A stretch of 62,397 bases of DNA from positions 1 to 62,397 of IMG/VR virus record IMGVR_UViG_3300022752_000070. The stretch is one strand, 5' to 3'. The DNA is from a virus (lineage: Duplodnaviria; Caudoviricetes). Positions 48,947-55,860 of the stretch are shown in pieces. How positions within the stretch are numbered: position 1 is the first letter of the stretch; every line of letters begins with the position of its first letter. A model generated the notes under the pieces. It was not told the origin of the DNA and searched no databases. It saw only the letters and a program-made list of their open reading frames with translations. Position numbers and translations under genes: made by a program.

Positions 48947-49144
48947 TTAACCACGGCATTCGTAATCACAATGAAGACCCGCAATCTCCCAGGCAGGGAA
49001 TCCATCAATGCCCGCACGATTGAGTGAACGACCCAACGAATCATCACGGTGAGAGTTAAGTTGCGGACGACCCTTAACAACGTTGGTGCTCACCCATACG
49101 GTCTGACGGGTGTTAAGATCGGATGCGATGTTGTAGAGTGCCAT
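48947..49144 (-). CDS. Small early hypothetical protein
   Basis: 65-aa ORF, co-oriented, last of the early run. Confidence 0.65.
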   Translation of the reverse strand: MALYNIASDLNTRQTVWVSTNVVKGRPQLNSHRDDSLGRSLNRAGIDGFPAWEIAGLHCDYECRG

Positions 49145-49183
49145 GATAACGAAGAAGAAAATGTGTGTGTGGTTCAGTGTAAC

Positions 49184-49444
49184 TCAGTCACGGGCAGAAT
49201 CGAACACCGAATAGAAACAATCCCATGCCCAAGTGTCGGCAACGAATGTATCAATCCCGCACTGATCACAAACCCAATCATAGGCACTGTCACAGTTAGC
49301 ATTAGTCTCAACCACGAAATCATAGAGAGAAGCAATAGCACCACGGAAGCAATCATTCTCCATTTCAGACACCCACCACTTGCCAGTTTCGGTGCTCTTG
49401 TTGATCATCTTGCCATCGATGGAGAATGCTTTGATCACGGACAT
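49184..49444 (-). CDS. Small early hypothetical protein
   Basis: 86-aa ORF directly downstream of a box promoter. Confidence 0.7.
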   Translation of the reverse strand: MSVIKAFSIDGKMINKSTETGKWWVSEMENDCFRGAIASLYDFVVETNANCDSAYDWVCDQCGIDTFVADTWAWDCFYSVFDSARD

Positions 49445-49524
49445 TTGAGTTGCTTTTCTTTGACTCTTTTAGTATTGCACAAAAAAAGTGTCCACGGGGA
49501 GAATCGTGGACACCTTATCAACTG

Positions 49525-49662
49525 TCACCAGATAACAGGATTGCCCTGCAGATCGGTTACAGTTCCCTGTTCATCATCGGTTGCAATGGTATCAAGAATC
49601 TGCAGGATTTGCTCACCATCTTTACCTTGACGGAGCAGAGAGATAGCAAGTTCGGAAGTCAT
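49525..49662 (-). CDS. Small hypothetical protein (45 aa; absent from ORF track)
   Basis: MTSELAISLLRQGKDGEQILQILDTIATDDEQGTVTDLQGNPVIW; stop lies inside the box. Confidence 0.65.
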   Translation of the reverse strand: MTSELAISLLRQGKDGEQILQILDTIATDDEQGTVTDLQGNPVIW

Positions 49663-49724
49663 GAAAGTGAAGAAAAAAGATTAACGAATGATGGTGCTTT
49701 TAATGTCATCACCAGGACAGATGT

Positions 49725-50057
49725 TCAGGCAATTCGCATACCTGAGAAGAAGGGAATCACACCATAGTCGTTAGACTTGAAGAACCATTGAAAGTTCTTT
49801 TGAAAGACACCTTCACCAGGCAATCCGTGTGCAGAGAGAATAGCATTCAGACGGGATTTGGTGGTGGCAGTTTGATACCCACCATCGAACAGTTGAACAT
49901 AAGTCGGACCGATTTCTGCAATCAGGTTATCGAACAGATAGACACGGGAGATATCAAGACCAGAGAAGTATTGAACCTCGGTGTTATCGAGTTTCCAATC
50001 TTTGCTGGCAGTGATAGCAGCATTCATCAGACGTTCGATCTTACGCATTTGGTGCAT
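49725..50057 (-). CDS. Early hypothetical protein
   Basis: MRKIERLM...DGGYQTATTKSRLNAIL motif; follows a box promoter. Confidence 0.75.
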   Translation of the reverse strand: MHQMRKIERLMNAAITASKDWKLDNTEVQYFSGLDISRVYLFDNLIAEIGPTYVQLFDGGYQTATTKSRLNAILSAHGLPGEGVFQKNFQWFFKSNDYGVIPFFSGMRIA

Positions 50058-50123
50058 CTCTCAGGAACAAACGTAGTATGGCACGGATTGGGGGGTCATC
50101 ACAAGGGGGTTTGTGCCACTTCC

Positions 50124-51029
50124 TCAACTGGCACACTGGAAACGACCCGAGTTGAAATTGTGATAAGAAAAGACCTCACGATTCACCAGTTTGAACATAC
50201 CAAACTCATTGCTCATCACATAACCTTCGGCATCGATTCTGTTGCCGTTGATGTATGCTGCAGGACCCATGTTGCGGCACAGGAACAAACAATCATCTTT
50301 GATCGACTTCACCAGCAACCACAAACGGATCAGGTTAGGGTCACAATCAAACTCATTTACACTCTCTACACTGATCTGTTGACCAGCACGAATGCAGGCA
50401 TTAAGTTGTTGTTTGATCTTTGCTGCTTCCTTATCAGAAACAAAGGTCACAGTTTGTGCCATCTGACGGGCAAACTTGCAGACCTCATCAACATCGGCAA
50501 AGGACTCTTGACCGTGCAGAATGTATGCTTCGGGGTTCACGAATTTGCAGTAAGCAGTATCCGTGATGATAAAGTGCATCGGATATGCTACAGCATCACG
50601 CAGATCATTCTCTGCCATGTAGTAAGTATGAGGAGCAATAATGATCTCCTGAGAGATTACCTCTGGGAATTGGTAAGTAATTGTGTTGGGGGTGTATTCA
50701 GTAGATCCACCAAACCCGATAAAATCCCCTTGAATAATGGAGTTTGTACGAGGAAGATAATCAAAACAAGAGTGAAGAATTTCTGCAACTTGTCCATCGT
50801 AGAATTGATCAATTTCTTCATGATTGTGAGCAATACGAATCTTTTTCTTGTTGAACACTGCTTTAGTGCCAACGAAGAACGTACCAGTTGCAGGATCAAT
50901 TCCCCAGACAATTGCAGGGGCACCATCAATCTTCACCGACAGATTGCCAAGTTCGGTGAACCAATCCAGGACAGAAAGATCACCCGTGAGGATGGTATCT
51001 TCGGGGTGTTCGAGGTGTGTGTTTTTCAT
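50124..51029 (-). CDS. Ligase-like nucleotidyltransferase-fold protein
   Basis: 301 aa; SVKIDGAP (KxDG), IQGDF, EGYV, FKLV in ligase motif order; NTHLEHPED N-terminus. Confidence 0.65.
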   Translation of the reverse strand: MKNTHLEHPEDTILTGDLSVLDWFTELGNLSVKIDGAPAIVWGIDPATGTFFVGTKAVFNKKKIRIAHNHEEIDQFYDGQVAEILHSCFDYLPRTNSIIQGDFIGFGGSTEYTPNTITYQFPEVISQEIIIAPHTYYMAENDLRDAVAYPMHFIITDTAYCKFVNPEAYILHGQESFADVDEVCKFARQMAQTVTFVSDKEAAKIKQQLNACIRAGQQISVESVNEFDCDPNLIRLWLLVKSIKDDCLFLCRNMGPAAYINGNRIDAEGYVMSNEFGMFKLVNREVFSYHNFNSGRFQCAS

Positions 51030-51080
51030 GCTTTCAGTATTGCACGGATTGGGGGAGAAGTCTAGGGGGTGTGTGCCAGT

Positions 51081-51341
51081 TTACAGATCGGCCATCATTT
51101 CGTTAATCTGACGATCGTTAATCTTAGCACTATCCCATTTCACACCGTCTGGAGTCTGCATCAGGTGCCGTCCAATCTGACCCTCAACCATGCAACGCAC
51201 GAACTTCTCAAAGGGGGTTTCCCAATCTGCACAGTAGGTCACACATGCCTTGGCGGTGTTATACAGAAACTCATCATTCTGAATCCACAAAGCAACATTC
51301 CAGGTTTCGTAGTTTGTCCAACCGTTGTAGTCAAGTGCCAT
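51081..51341 (-). CDS. Early hypothetical protein (YNGWTNYETW family)
   Basis: MALDYNGWTNYETWNVALWIQNDE; start at ATG 51341 downstream of the box promoter. Confidence 0.78.
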   Translation of the reverse strand: MALDYNGWTNYETWNVALWIQNDEFLYNTAKACVTYCADWETPFEKFVRCMVEGQIGRHLMQTPDGVKWDSAKINDRQINEMMADL

Positions 51342-51425
51342 GGGGGTTTCCGTTTCAACAAAGGTAGTATGGCGCCGATCGGGGGGCATTGCAACCCCCC
51401 TTGTGCCACTTGCTCAACTGTCACC

Positions 51426-51617
51426 CTAGAGGTCTGGATCCAGCAGGTCGGGATAGTAAGACTCAACCTCTGAAATCAGTTCCTCATCAGTATAACTGGT
51501 GAGATTTTCTTCCATCTGATCACCAACAATACGGAGCAGATCTTTGGTGCTCATGTTGTCAAGCAAACGGTCGATGTATGCTTCAACCAGTGCTTCACGA
51601 TCGAAAGTGTTGGTCAT
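51426..51617 (-). CDS. Small acidic protein
   Basis: 63-aa ORF in a tightly packed run. Confidence 0.7.
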   Translation of the reverse strand: MTNTFDREALVEAYIDRLLDNMSTKDLLRIVGDQMEENLTSYTDEELISEVESYYPDLLDPDL

Positions 51618-51621
51618 GGTT

Positions 51622-51819
51622 TCAGTTCAGAATGTGACGATAATCAATGGATTTGATGCACCAACCTGTTGCACAGGTGATCTCTTCTACGAGGTCATCT
51701 TCATCATCTGCCTCCCAGATTTCACCAATGATTTCAGATGTGAGGCGGTCTTTATCATACGCATCCATCTCATCTTCATCATCAAAATCAAACTCAACGT
51801 AGAGGATTTGAAATTGCAT
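51622..51819 (-). CDS. Small highly acidic protein
   Basis: 65 aa; EFDFDDEDE, WEADDEDDLVEEIT, TGWCIKSIDY. Confidence 0.75.
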   Translation of the reverse strand: MQFQILYVEFDFDDEDEMDAYDKDRLTSEIIGEIWEADDEDDLVEEITCATGWCIKSIDYRHILN

Positions 51820-51968
51820 TAGACTTCATCCCTCATTTCAGAAAGTTTTTCATAGAGTTCAGAAACATCTACGTTCAGTTTTTCACTCACGAAACTCCAA
51901 TCATCATGAAACTCAATCAGTGCCAGAATGGCATCCAGTTCCTCAAAGGTGAGAGTGGTAAGTGTCAT
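51819..51968 (-). CDS. Small acidic protein (49 aa; absent from ORF track)
   Basis: MTLTTLTFEELDAILALIEFHDDWSFVSEKLNVDVSELYEKLSEMRDEV; coupled to both neighbours. Confidence 0.7.
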   Translation of the reverse strand: MTLTTLTFEELDAILALIEFHDDWSFVSEKLNVDVSELYEKLSEMRDEV

Positions 51969-52093
51969 TTACGAAGAGGAGAATTGTAGTAACGACGAAA
52001 AGCAGTGAGAAGAATAATGCCCGTTGAAACAACACCAACCAAACCAAGGAAGGTGATAGCATCTCCAGAAAAAGTATAGGTATCAGGTGTCAT
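51965..52093 (-). CDS. Single-pass membrane peptide (42 aa; absent from ORF track)
   Basis: MTPDTYTFSGDAITFLGLVGVVSTGIILLTAFRRYYNSPLRK; overlapping stop/start at both ends. Confidence 0.7.
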   Translation of the reverse strand: MTPDTYTFSGDAITFLGLVGVVSTGIILLTAFRRYYNSPLRK

Positions 52094-52218
52094 CAGTAAT
52101 CGTAGTTTGCGTTCAGGTACTCATTGACATCGAACTTTTCATCTTTGAGTTCAGGAATGTCAAGGTCAAAAATCTCACCAGGCATGTCTTGAATCTCAGA
52201 CCAGAGTTCATCAAACAT
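52093..52218 (-). CDS. Small acidic peptide (41 aa)
   Basis: MFDELWSEIQDMPGEIFDLDIPELKDEKFDVNEYLNANYDY; first ATG after the box promoter. Confidence 0.7.
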   Translation of the reverse strand: MFDELWSEIQDMPGEIFDLDIPELKDEKFDVNEYLNANYDY

Positions 52219-52297
52219 TGTGGAAATCTCAGGAACAAATGTAATGTAGAACGGATCGGGGGATTCCGCAACCCCCCTTGTGCCACTTATCCGACTG

Positions 52298-52501
52298 TCA
52301 CACCTCATTCATTAATTTTAAACGATTCATAATATTATAAACTTCCATCTCATCCATATCGATCTCACTCATATCGACAGGGGCAAATTCTTCGAGATTA
52401 ATATTACCATTGGCATAAATCGGGGCATAATATAACTCATCCCCATCTTCCTGCGACAAAGTATACACACAACCGTGATTGGTGGAGGTGAGAAAAATCA
52501 T
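52298..52501 (-). CDS. Small acidic protein (67 aa)
   Basis: MIFLTSTNHGCVYTLSQEDG...; start after the promoter; stop TGA inside the box. Confidence 0.7.
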   Translation of the reverse strand: MIFLTSTNHGCVYTLSQEDGDELYYAPIYANGNINLEEFAPVDMSEIDMDEMEVYNIMNRLKLMNEV

Positions 52502-52558
52502 GTTCAATTGCGACAACGAAGGTACAATATCCCAGATCTTCGAAGATATCAAGTCCCC

Positions 52559-52662
52559 ATGTGCCAGTTCCTCAACTGTCCTTATTCTCAATAAGATCTT
52601 GTTGTTGAGAATCAATAAGGATTAATAATTGAGAATAAGGACCAATATTCGAACTGGCACAT
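52559..52662. repeat. Long imperfect inverted repeat made of two head-to-head boxes
   Basis: ATGTGCCAGTTC...GTCCTTATTCTCAAT / ATTGAGAATAAGGAC...GAACTGGCACAT. Confidence 0.85.
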
Positions 52663-52814
52663 TACTCGAACGGATCGAATTCTTTTACCCTACAATGTAC
52701 ATCTTCCCCTGGTTCGAGTTGCAATAACTCACACCAATCGATATCATCTAGATCTAGATCATCATAACACATGATGTCTAGTGTCACCTGTACGATACGC
52801 TTCTGTGCTAACAT
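52662..52814 (-). CDS. Small acidic protein (50 aa; absent from ORF track)
   Basis: MLAQKRIVQVTLDIMCYDDLDLDDIDWCELLQLEPGEDVHCRVKEFDPFE. Confidence 0.65.
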   Translation of the reverse strand: MLAQKRIVQVTLDIMCYDDLDLDDIDWCELLQLEPGEDVHCRVKEFDPFE

Positions 52815-52844
52815 GATGCTCTCGTGCGATGTGATTAGATTATA

Positions 52845-52997
52845 TCATGCATAATGACGATATGCAAGTGATTCGTAATCATGCCCATCTCGTGCATAAT
52901 CCTCATCTAGATCTCGTGCGTCTTGTGTATAATACTCTTCGAGATCGTATGAGTAATCCGATGCGTATGTATAGTCGAGATCGTAGTCGTCGTACAT
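52845..52997 (-). CDS. Asp/Tyr-rich peptide (50 aa; absent from ORF track)
   Basis: MYDDYDLDYTYASDYSYDLEEYYTQDARDLDEDYARDGHDYESLAYRHYA; directly downstream of promoter 53028-53056. Confidence 0.62.
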   Translation of the reverse strand: MYDDYDLDYTYASDYSYDLEEYYTQDARDLDEDYARDGHDYESLAYRHYA

Positions 52998-52998
52998 A

Positions 52999-53148
52999 AC
53001 TCGTCGAGATTGATTGAATACTTGTACAGTGTAGCACGTTCTCGACGAGATTGCAATCCCTTATGATGCACCATCTCGTCGAGACTCATAATGATATATA
53101 TGTATCTCGTCGAGAAATGTTAAGATATGCTTATAATTCTCGTCGAGA
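52999..53148. repeat. Array of five 11-bp palindromes TCTCGWCGAGA
   Basis: Copies at 52999 (one mismatch), 53040, 53074, 53105, 53138; period 41/34/31/33 bp; extra TCTCG half-sites on both flanks. Confidence 0.9.
53028..53056 (-). promoter_or_regulatory. Leftward sigma70 promoter TTGCAA-N17-TACACT with a palindrome in the spacer
   Basis: TTGCAA tctcgtcgagaacgtgc TACACT, extended -10 TG. Confidence 0.7.
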
Positions 53149-53180
53149 GATGTGTGAGTCTCGCAGGATCTCGTGGGGGG

Positions 53181-53210
53181 TTGACATCTCGGGGTCTCGT
53201 GTGTTATAAT
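53181..53210 (+). promoter_or_regulatory. Rightward consensus sigma70 promoter TTGACA-N18-TATAAT with no downstream plus-strand gene
   Basis: TTGACA 53181-53186, TG at 53202-53203, TATAAT 53205-53210. Confidence 0.8.
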
Positions 53211-53224
53211 GCGCTCGCTAAGGT

Positions 53225-53299
53225 CACAAGTCTCGGAGGCATTTAGAAGACTTTATGAACACAAGTCTCGGAGGTCCTTTATAAGCATTTAGAAGACTT
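53225..53299. repeat. Interleaved 15-bp direct repeats
   Basis: CACAAGTCTCGGAGG at 53225 and 53260; GCATTTAGAAGACTT at 53239 and 53285. Confidence 0.88.
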
Positions 53300-53422
53300 A
53301 TTCTCAACTATAATACTCAATTGATTCTCAATTAATTTAAATTATTGAGAATGTTATAAAAAAAACATATTAGTTCTTTAATATATTAATTAATTAAATT
53401 TAACTTATTTTAGTATAATTTG

Positions 53423-53680
53423 TTACCATTTATCAATCGGACAGGATGCAGCCTTGAACTTAGTCTTATGCACCAACCAACAACCACAATGCTTACAACG
53501 TTCCTGTCTTACACTATAATACTCACACGTCTTACATATATCCAACCTTTCTTGAATTTGTTTATCGGATGCATAGATCTGAGGATCCTGAGCAACAACA
53601 ACATCCTTCACCACTTCAAATGTGAACTTTGCTAGATTCTTTCCTTGTTCGGCAATTGATGGAAACTGTTTTTCTGACAT
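53423..53680 (-). CDS. Cys-rich metal-binding small protein (CxxC...CxxCGC...CPxxKW)
   Basis: RLDICKTCEYY...CKHCGCWL...SCPIDKW; start at ATG 53680 with GGAGG RBS. Confidence 0.75.
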   Translation of the reverse strand: MSEKQFPSIAEQGKNLAKFTFEVVKDVVVAQDPQIYASDKQIQERLDICKTCEYYSVRQERCKHCGCWLVHKTKFKAASCPIDKW

Positions 53681-53684
53681 AAGA

Positions 53685-54278
53685 TTACCTCCCCAAATAG
53701 AACCATCCAGTGACAACATACTTAGTCCCTTCCAGAACTAATCCTCCACGATGAGCATGAGTCATACCAGCAGGCCATATCAATAACTTACCTTTCTCTG
53801 GTTGAATACGTTTCTTATAATACAAGAACTCAGTCTCTCCTCCCTTATAATCATCATTCAAATATAACATCCAAACCAGTGCTCTGGATGAATGTTCTAA
53901 TCCACTGTTCTCATCGTGCCAAACATGATAACCACCACCAGCAGGAGTCTTTTGTACCTTCTGTGACAATGAATACAAGGGCACCTGTTTCATATGACCG
54001 AAGACTTGTGTATACTCTTCTAAACAAGATTTCAGAACCTCATTTAATTCATGTGCAGAGTTTCCTTTCATAGACTGTTGCATATTGATTAAATCAAGTG
54101 CCCAGTCGAATCTTCCTGCATTGGAATTATCAAACTGTCGATCCTCACAATAGACAGAATCAATGCTCTGATAATAATCAAATGTACGAATGATTTCATT
54201 ACAAAAATCAGAATTTACAATACAGGAATATGATCCTATGAAGTCTTCATATATTCCTTTGAGTTCAATCTTTTCCAT
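53685..54278 (-). CDS. 2OG-Fe(II) oxygenase (prolyl-4-hydroxylase-like)
   Basis: GGYHVWHDE, WMLYLND, GGETEF, WPAGMTHAHRG, KYVVTGW. Confidence 0.9.
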   Translation of the reverse strand: MEKIELKGIYEDFIGSYSCIVNSDFCNEIIRTFDYYQSIDSVYCEDRQFDNSNAGRFDWALDLINMQQSMKGNSAHELNEVLKSCLEEYTQVFGHMKQVPLYSLSQKVQKTPAGGGYHVWHDENSGLEHSSRALVWMLYLNDDYKGGETEFLYYKKRIQPEKGKLLIWPAGMTHAHRGGLVLEGTKYVVTGWFYLGR

Positions 54279-54591
54279 TCAAGTGCTCTTCTAATTCTGG
54301 ATACTTTGATATTAATTTTTGTTTGAGAAACTCATAATGTTCTTGATGCCATTGTTCTGAATTTGAGATCCACTTATCCAATGGACAATCACCCCAGGGA
54401 TCACTGATTTTATTGGGCAGGTAACAATGACAATACTTACATCCTTTTTCTGGTTCATCATAGTGTTCACATGCTTTACAATGTGCCCAACGTTCTTCTT
54501 GACAGGATGATGATGCACTGAGATCGATTCCCTGTGATTCCTGAATAAAGAACTCATCGATAAAACGAAATACAATTTGAGATAACTTCAT
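54265..54591 (-). CDS. Second Cys-rich small protein of the same family
   Basis: RWAHCKACEHY...GCKYCHCYL...DCPLDKW. Confidence 0.75.
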   Translation of the reverse strand: MKLSQIVFRFIDEFFIQESQGIDLSASSSCQEERWAHCKACEHYDEPEKGCKYCHCYLPNKISDPWGDCPLDKWISNSEQWHQEHYEFLKQKLISKYPELEEHLNGKD

Positions 54592-54606
54592 TATAACACA
54601 AACTCC

Positions 54607-55830
54607 TTATGATTTCGATCCTTTGATTCTTTGTAAATGTCCAGTGCCAGTGTCACCAGAAACGATCTTATATAGTGAACCAGATAGTGCCGCACCTTTG
54701 ATTCCACCAGCACCATCGGAGCCCCAGTCACCTCCAGGATTTCCAGTTGCTCCAGGATTTCCAGTCGAACTGACTGCATTTGCGGCACAGTTATTTGTTC
54801 CTGGTGAATTAGGTGCTCCACCACCTCTACCAGAACTATTGTATTCTGCATCATTGAGTGGATAGTTTGTACTCCAGGATCCTTTGTTTGAGAATCCTGC
54901 ACCAAGTCCAGGATTTCCTCCTCCACCACCAGCACCACCAGTGACATTAAAGTTCTGTCGAGCCCAACACAATACATCCCAGTTTGTGGCACATGAATAT
55001 CCAGATCGTTCGGAAGTCCTCCATCCACCATCACCTTTTCGATAACCACCACCACGACAACGGTCTCTTACATCTGTCGGATTGCCATGAATGGCATAAC
55101 CAGAACTATAACCAGACGGAGCATTGTTTGCACAATAATCATCGGCAATTCCCTGATACCAGGCACGATTGTCGTCTCCGAAGTTGAGATTAACCGAATA
55201 ATTTGTATCCTGAAAACATCCGAGTGTCGGTCCCACATTACCATTTGCACCCTGAGATCCATATCCACCACCAGCCCAGATTCGACCAGTATCATTAACA
55301 TTCACATTGATGAATCGTGCATTACCACTGGCTACCGTCGTGGTATTGTTCAGGTACAGAGCACTTCCACCATTTCCAGATGATGCATTGCCACCCTGTC
55401 CATAAATCTGTCCACTGATGTCAATCTTAAGATTGATCGCACTTGCATTCAGTGATGCGGCTGTGGTCGTATTTGATGATGCCGTAATCACACCACCGAT
55501 ACTTAAATTCTTAATGATATTCTTATTCAGATTCGATCCCCAGACTGCACTGCTGCCAAGATTTAAATCAGTATCAGATCCAGATTGCACTGCATTCAGT
55601 TCCTTGACTGATGCACGAAATGTCTGAACACTGAGATTATTTCCAGTTGAAATATCCGAATTTTCATCTGCATCCGGTACAATCGGACTTGTGTTCGTTT
55701 GATCCGTATCTCTTCGATAGGTTGAAAATTTGACATTAGTTGAATTTCCACCAAATGTCGTCTGCAATGAACGAGCACTGATCGAACCCGTATTAAAATA
55801 TGTTGTTGCAGTATATGCTGGAAGTGACAT
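54607..55830 (-). CDS. Gly-rich receptor-binding/adhesin protein, T-even gp38-like C-terminal part
   Basis: GQIYGQGGN...GGSALYLN...GRIWAGGG...GGGGG...GGDWGSDG...GAALSG mirrors gp38 glycine motifs; AATAAATA late-type promoter at 55858-55865. Confidence 0.65.
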   Translation of the reverse strand: MSLPAYTATTYFNTGSISARSLQTTFGGNSTNVKFSTYRRDTDQTNTSPIVPDADENSDISTGNNLSVQTFRASVKELNAVQSGSDTDLNLGSSAVWGSNLNKNIIKNLSIGGVITASSNTTTAASLNASAINLKIDISGQIYGQGGNASSGNGGSALYLNNTTTVASGNARFINVNVNDTGRIWAGGGYGSQGANGNVGPTLGCFQDTNYSVNLNFGDDNRAWYQGIADDYCANNAPSGYSSGYAIHGNPTDVRDRCRGGGYRKGDGGWRTSERSGYSCATNWDVLCWARQNFNVTGGAGGGGGNPGLGAGFSNKGSWSTNYPLNDAEYNSSGRGGGAPNSPGTNNCAANAVSSTGNPGATGNPGGDWGSDGAGGIKGAALSGSLYKIVSGDTGTGHLQRIKGSKS

Positions 55831-55860
55831 TCTAAAGTCTTCTGCGCCTATTTTTTGTAT

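Noticed and set aside
49788-51065. 425-aa plus-strand ORF
   Set aside because: Antisense shadow of two motif-bearing minus-strand genes; no recognisable motifs, RBS or promoter; biased codon usage explains the lack of stops
52907-53089. 60-aa minus ORF crossing the palindrome array
   Set aside because: Spans the leftward promoter and conflicts with the better-placed 52845-52997 ORF
52999-53148. Possible CRISPR mini-array
   Set aside because: Repeats are only 11 bp, intervening segments 20-30 bp and irregular, and there are no cas genes; operator/iteron interpretation fits better
54591-55055. 154-aa alternative-frame minus ORF
   Set aside because: Frame-shifted shadow of the Gly-rich adhesin (Val/Glu pattern from GGT/GGA codons)
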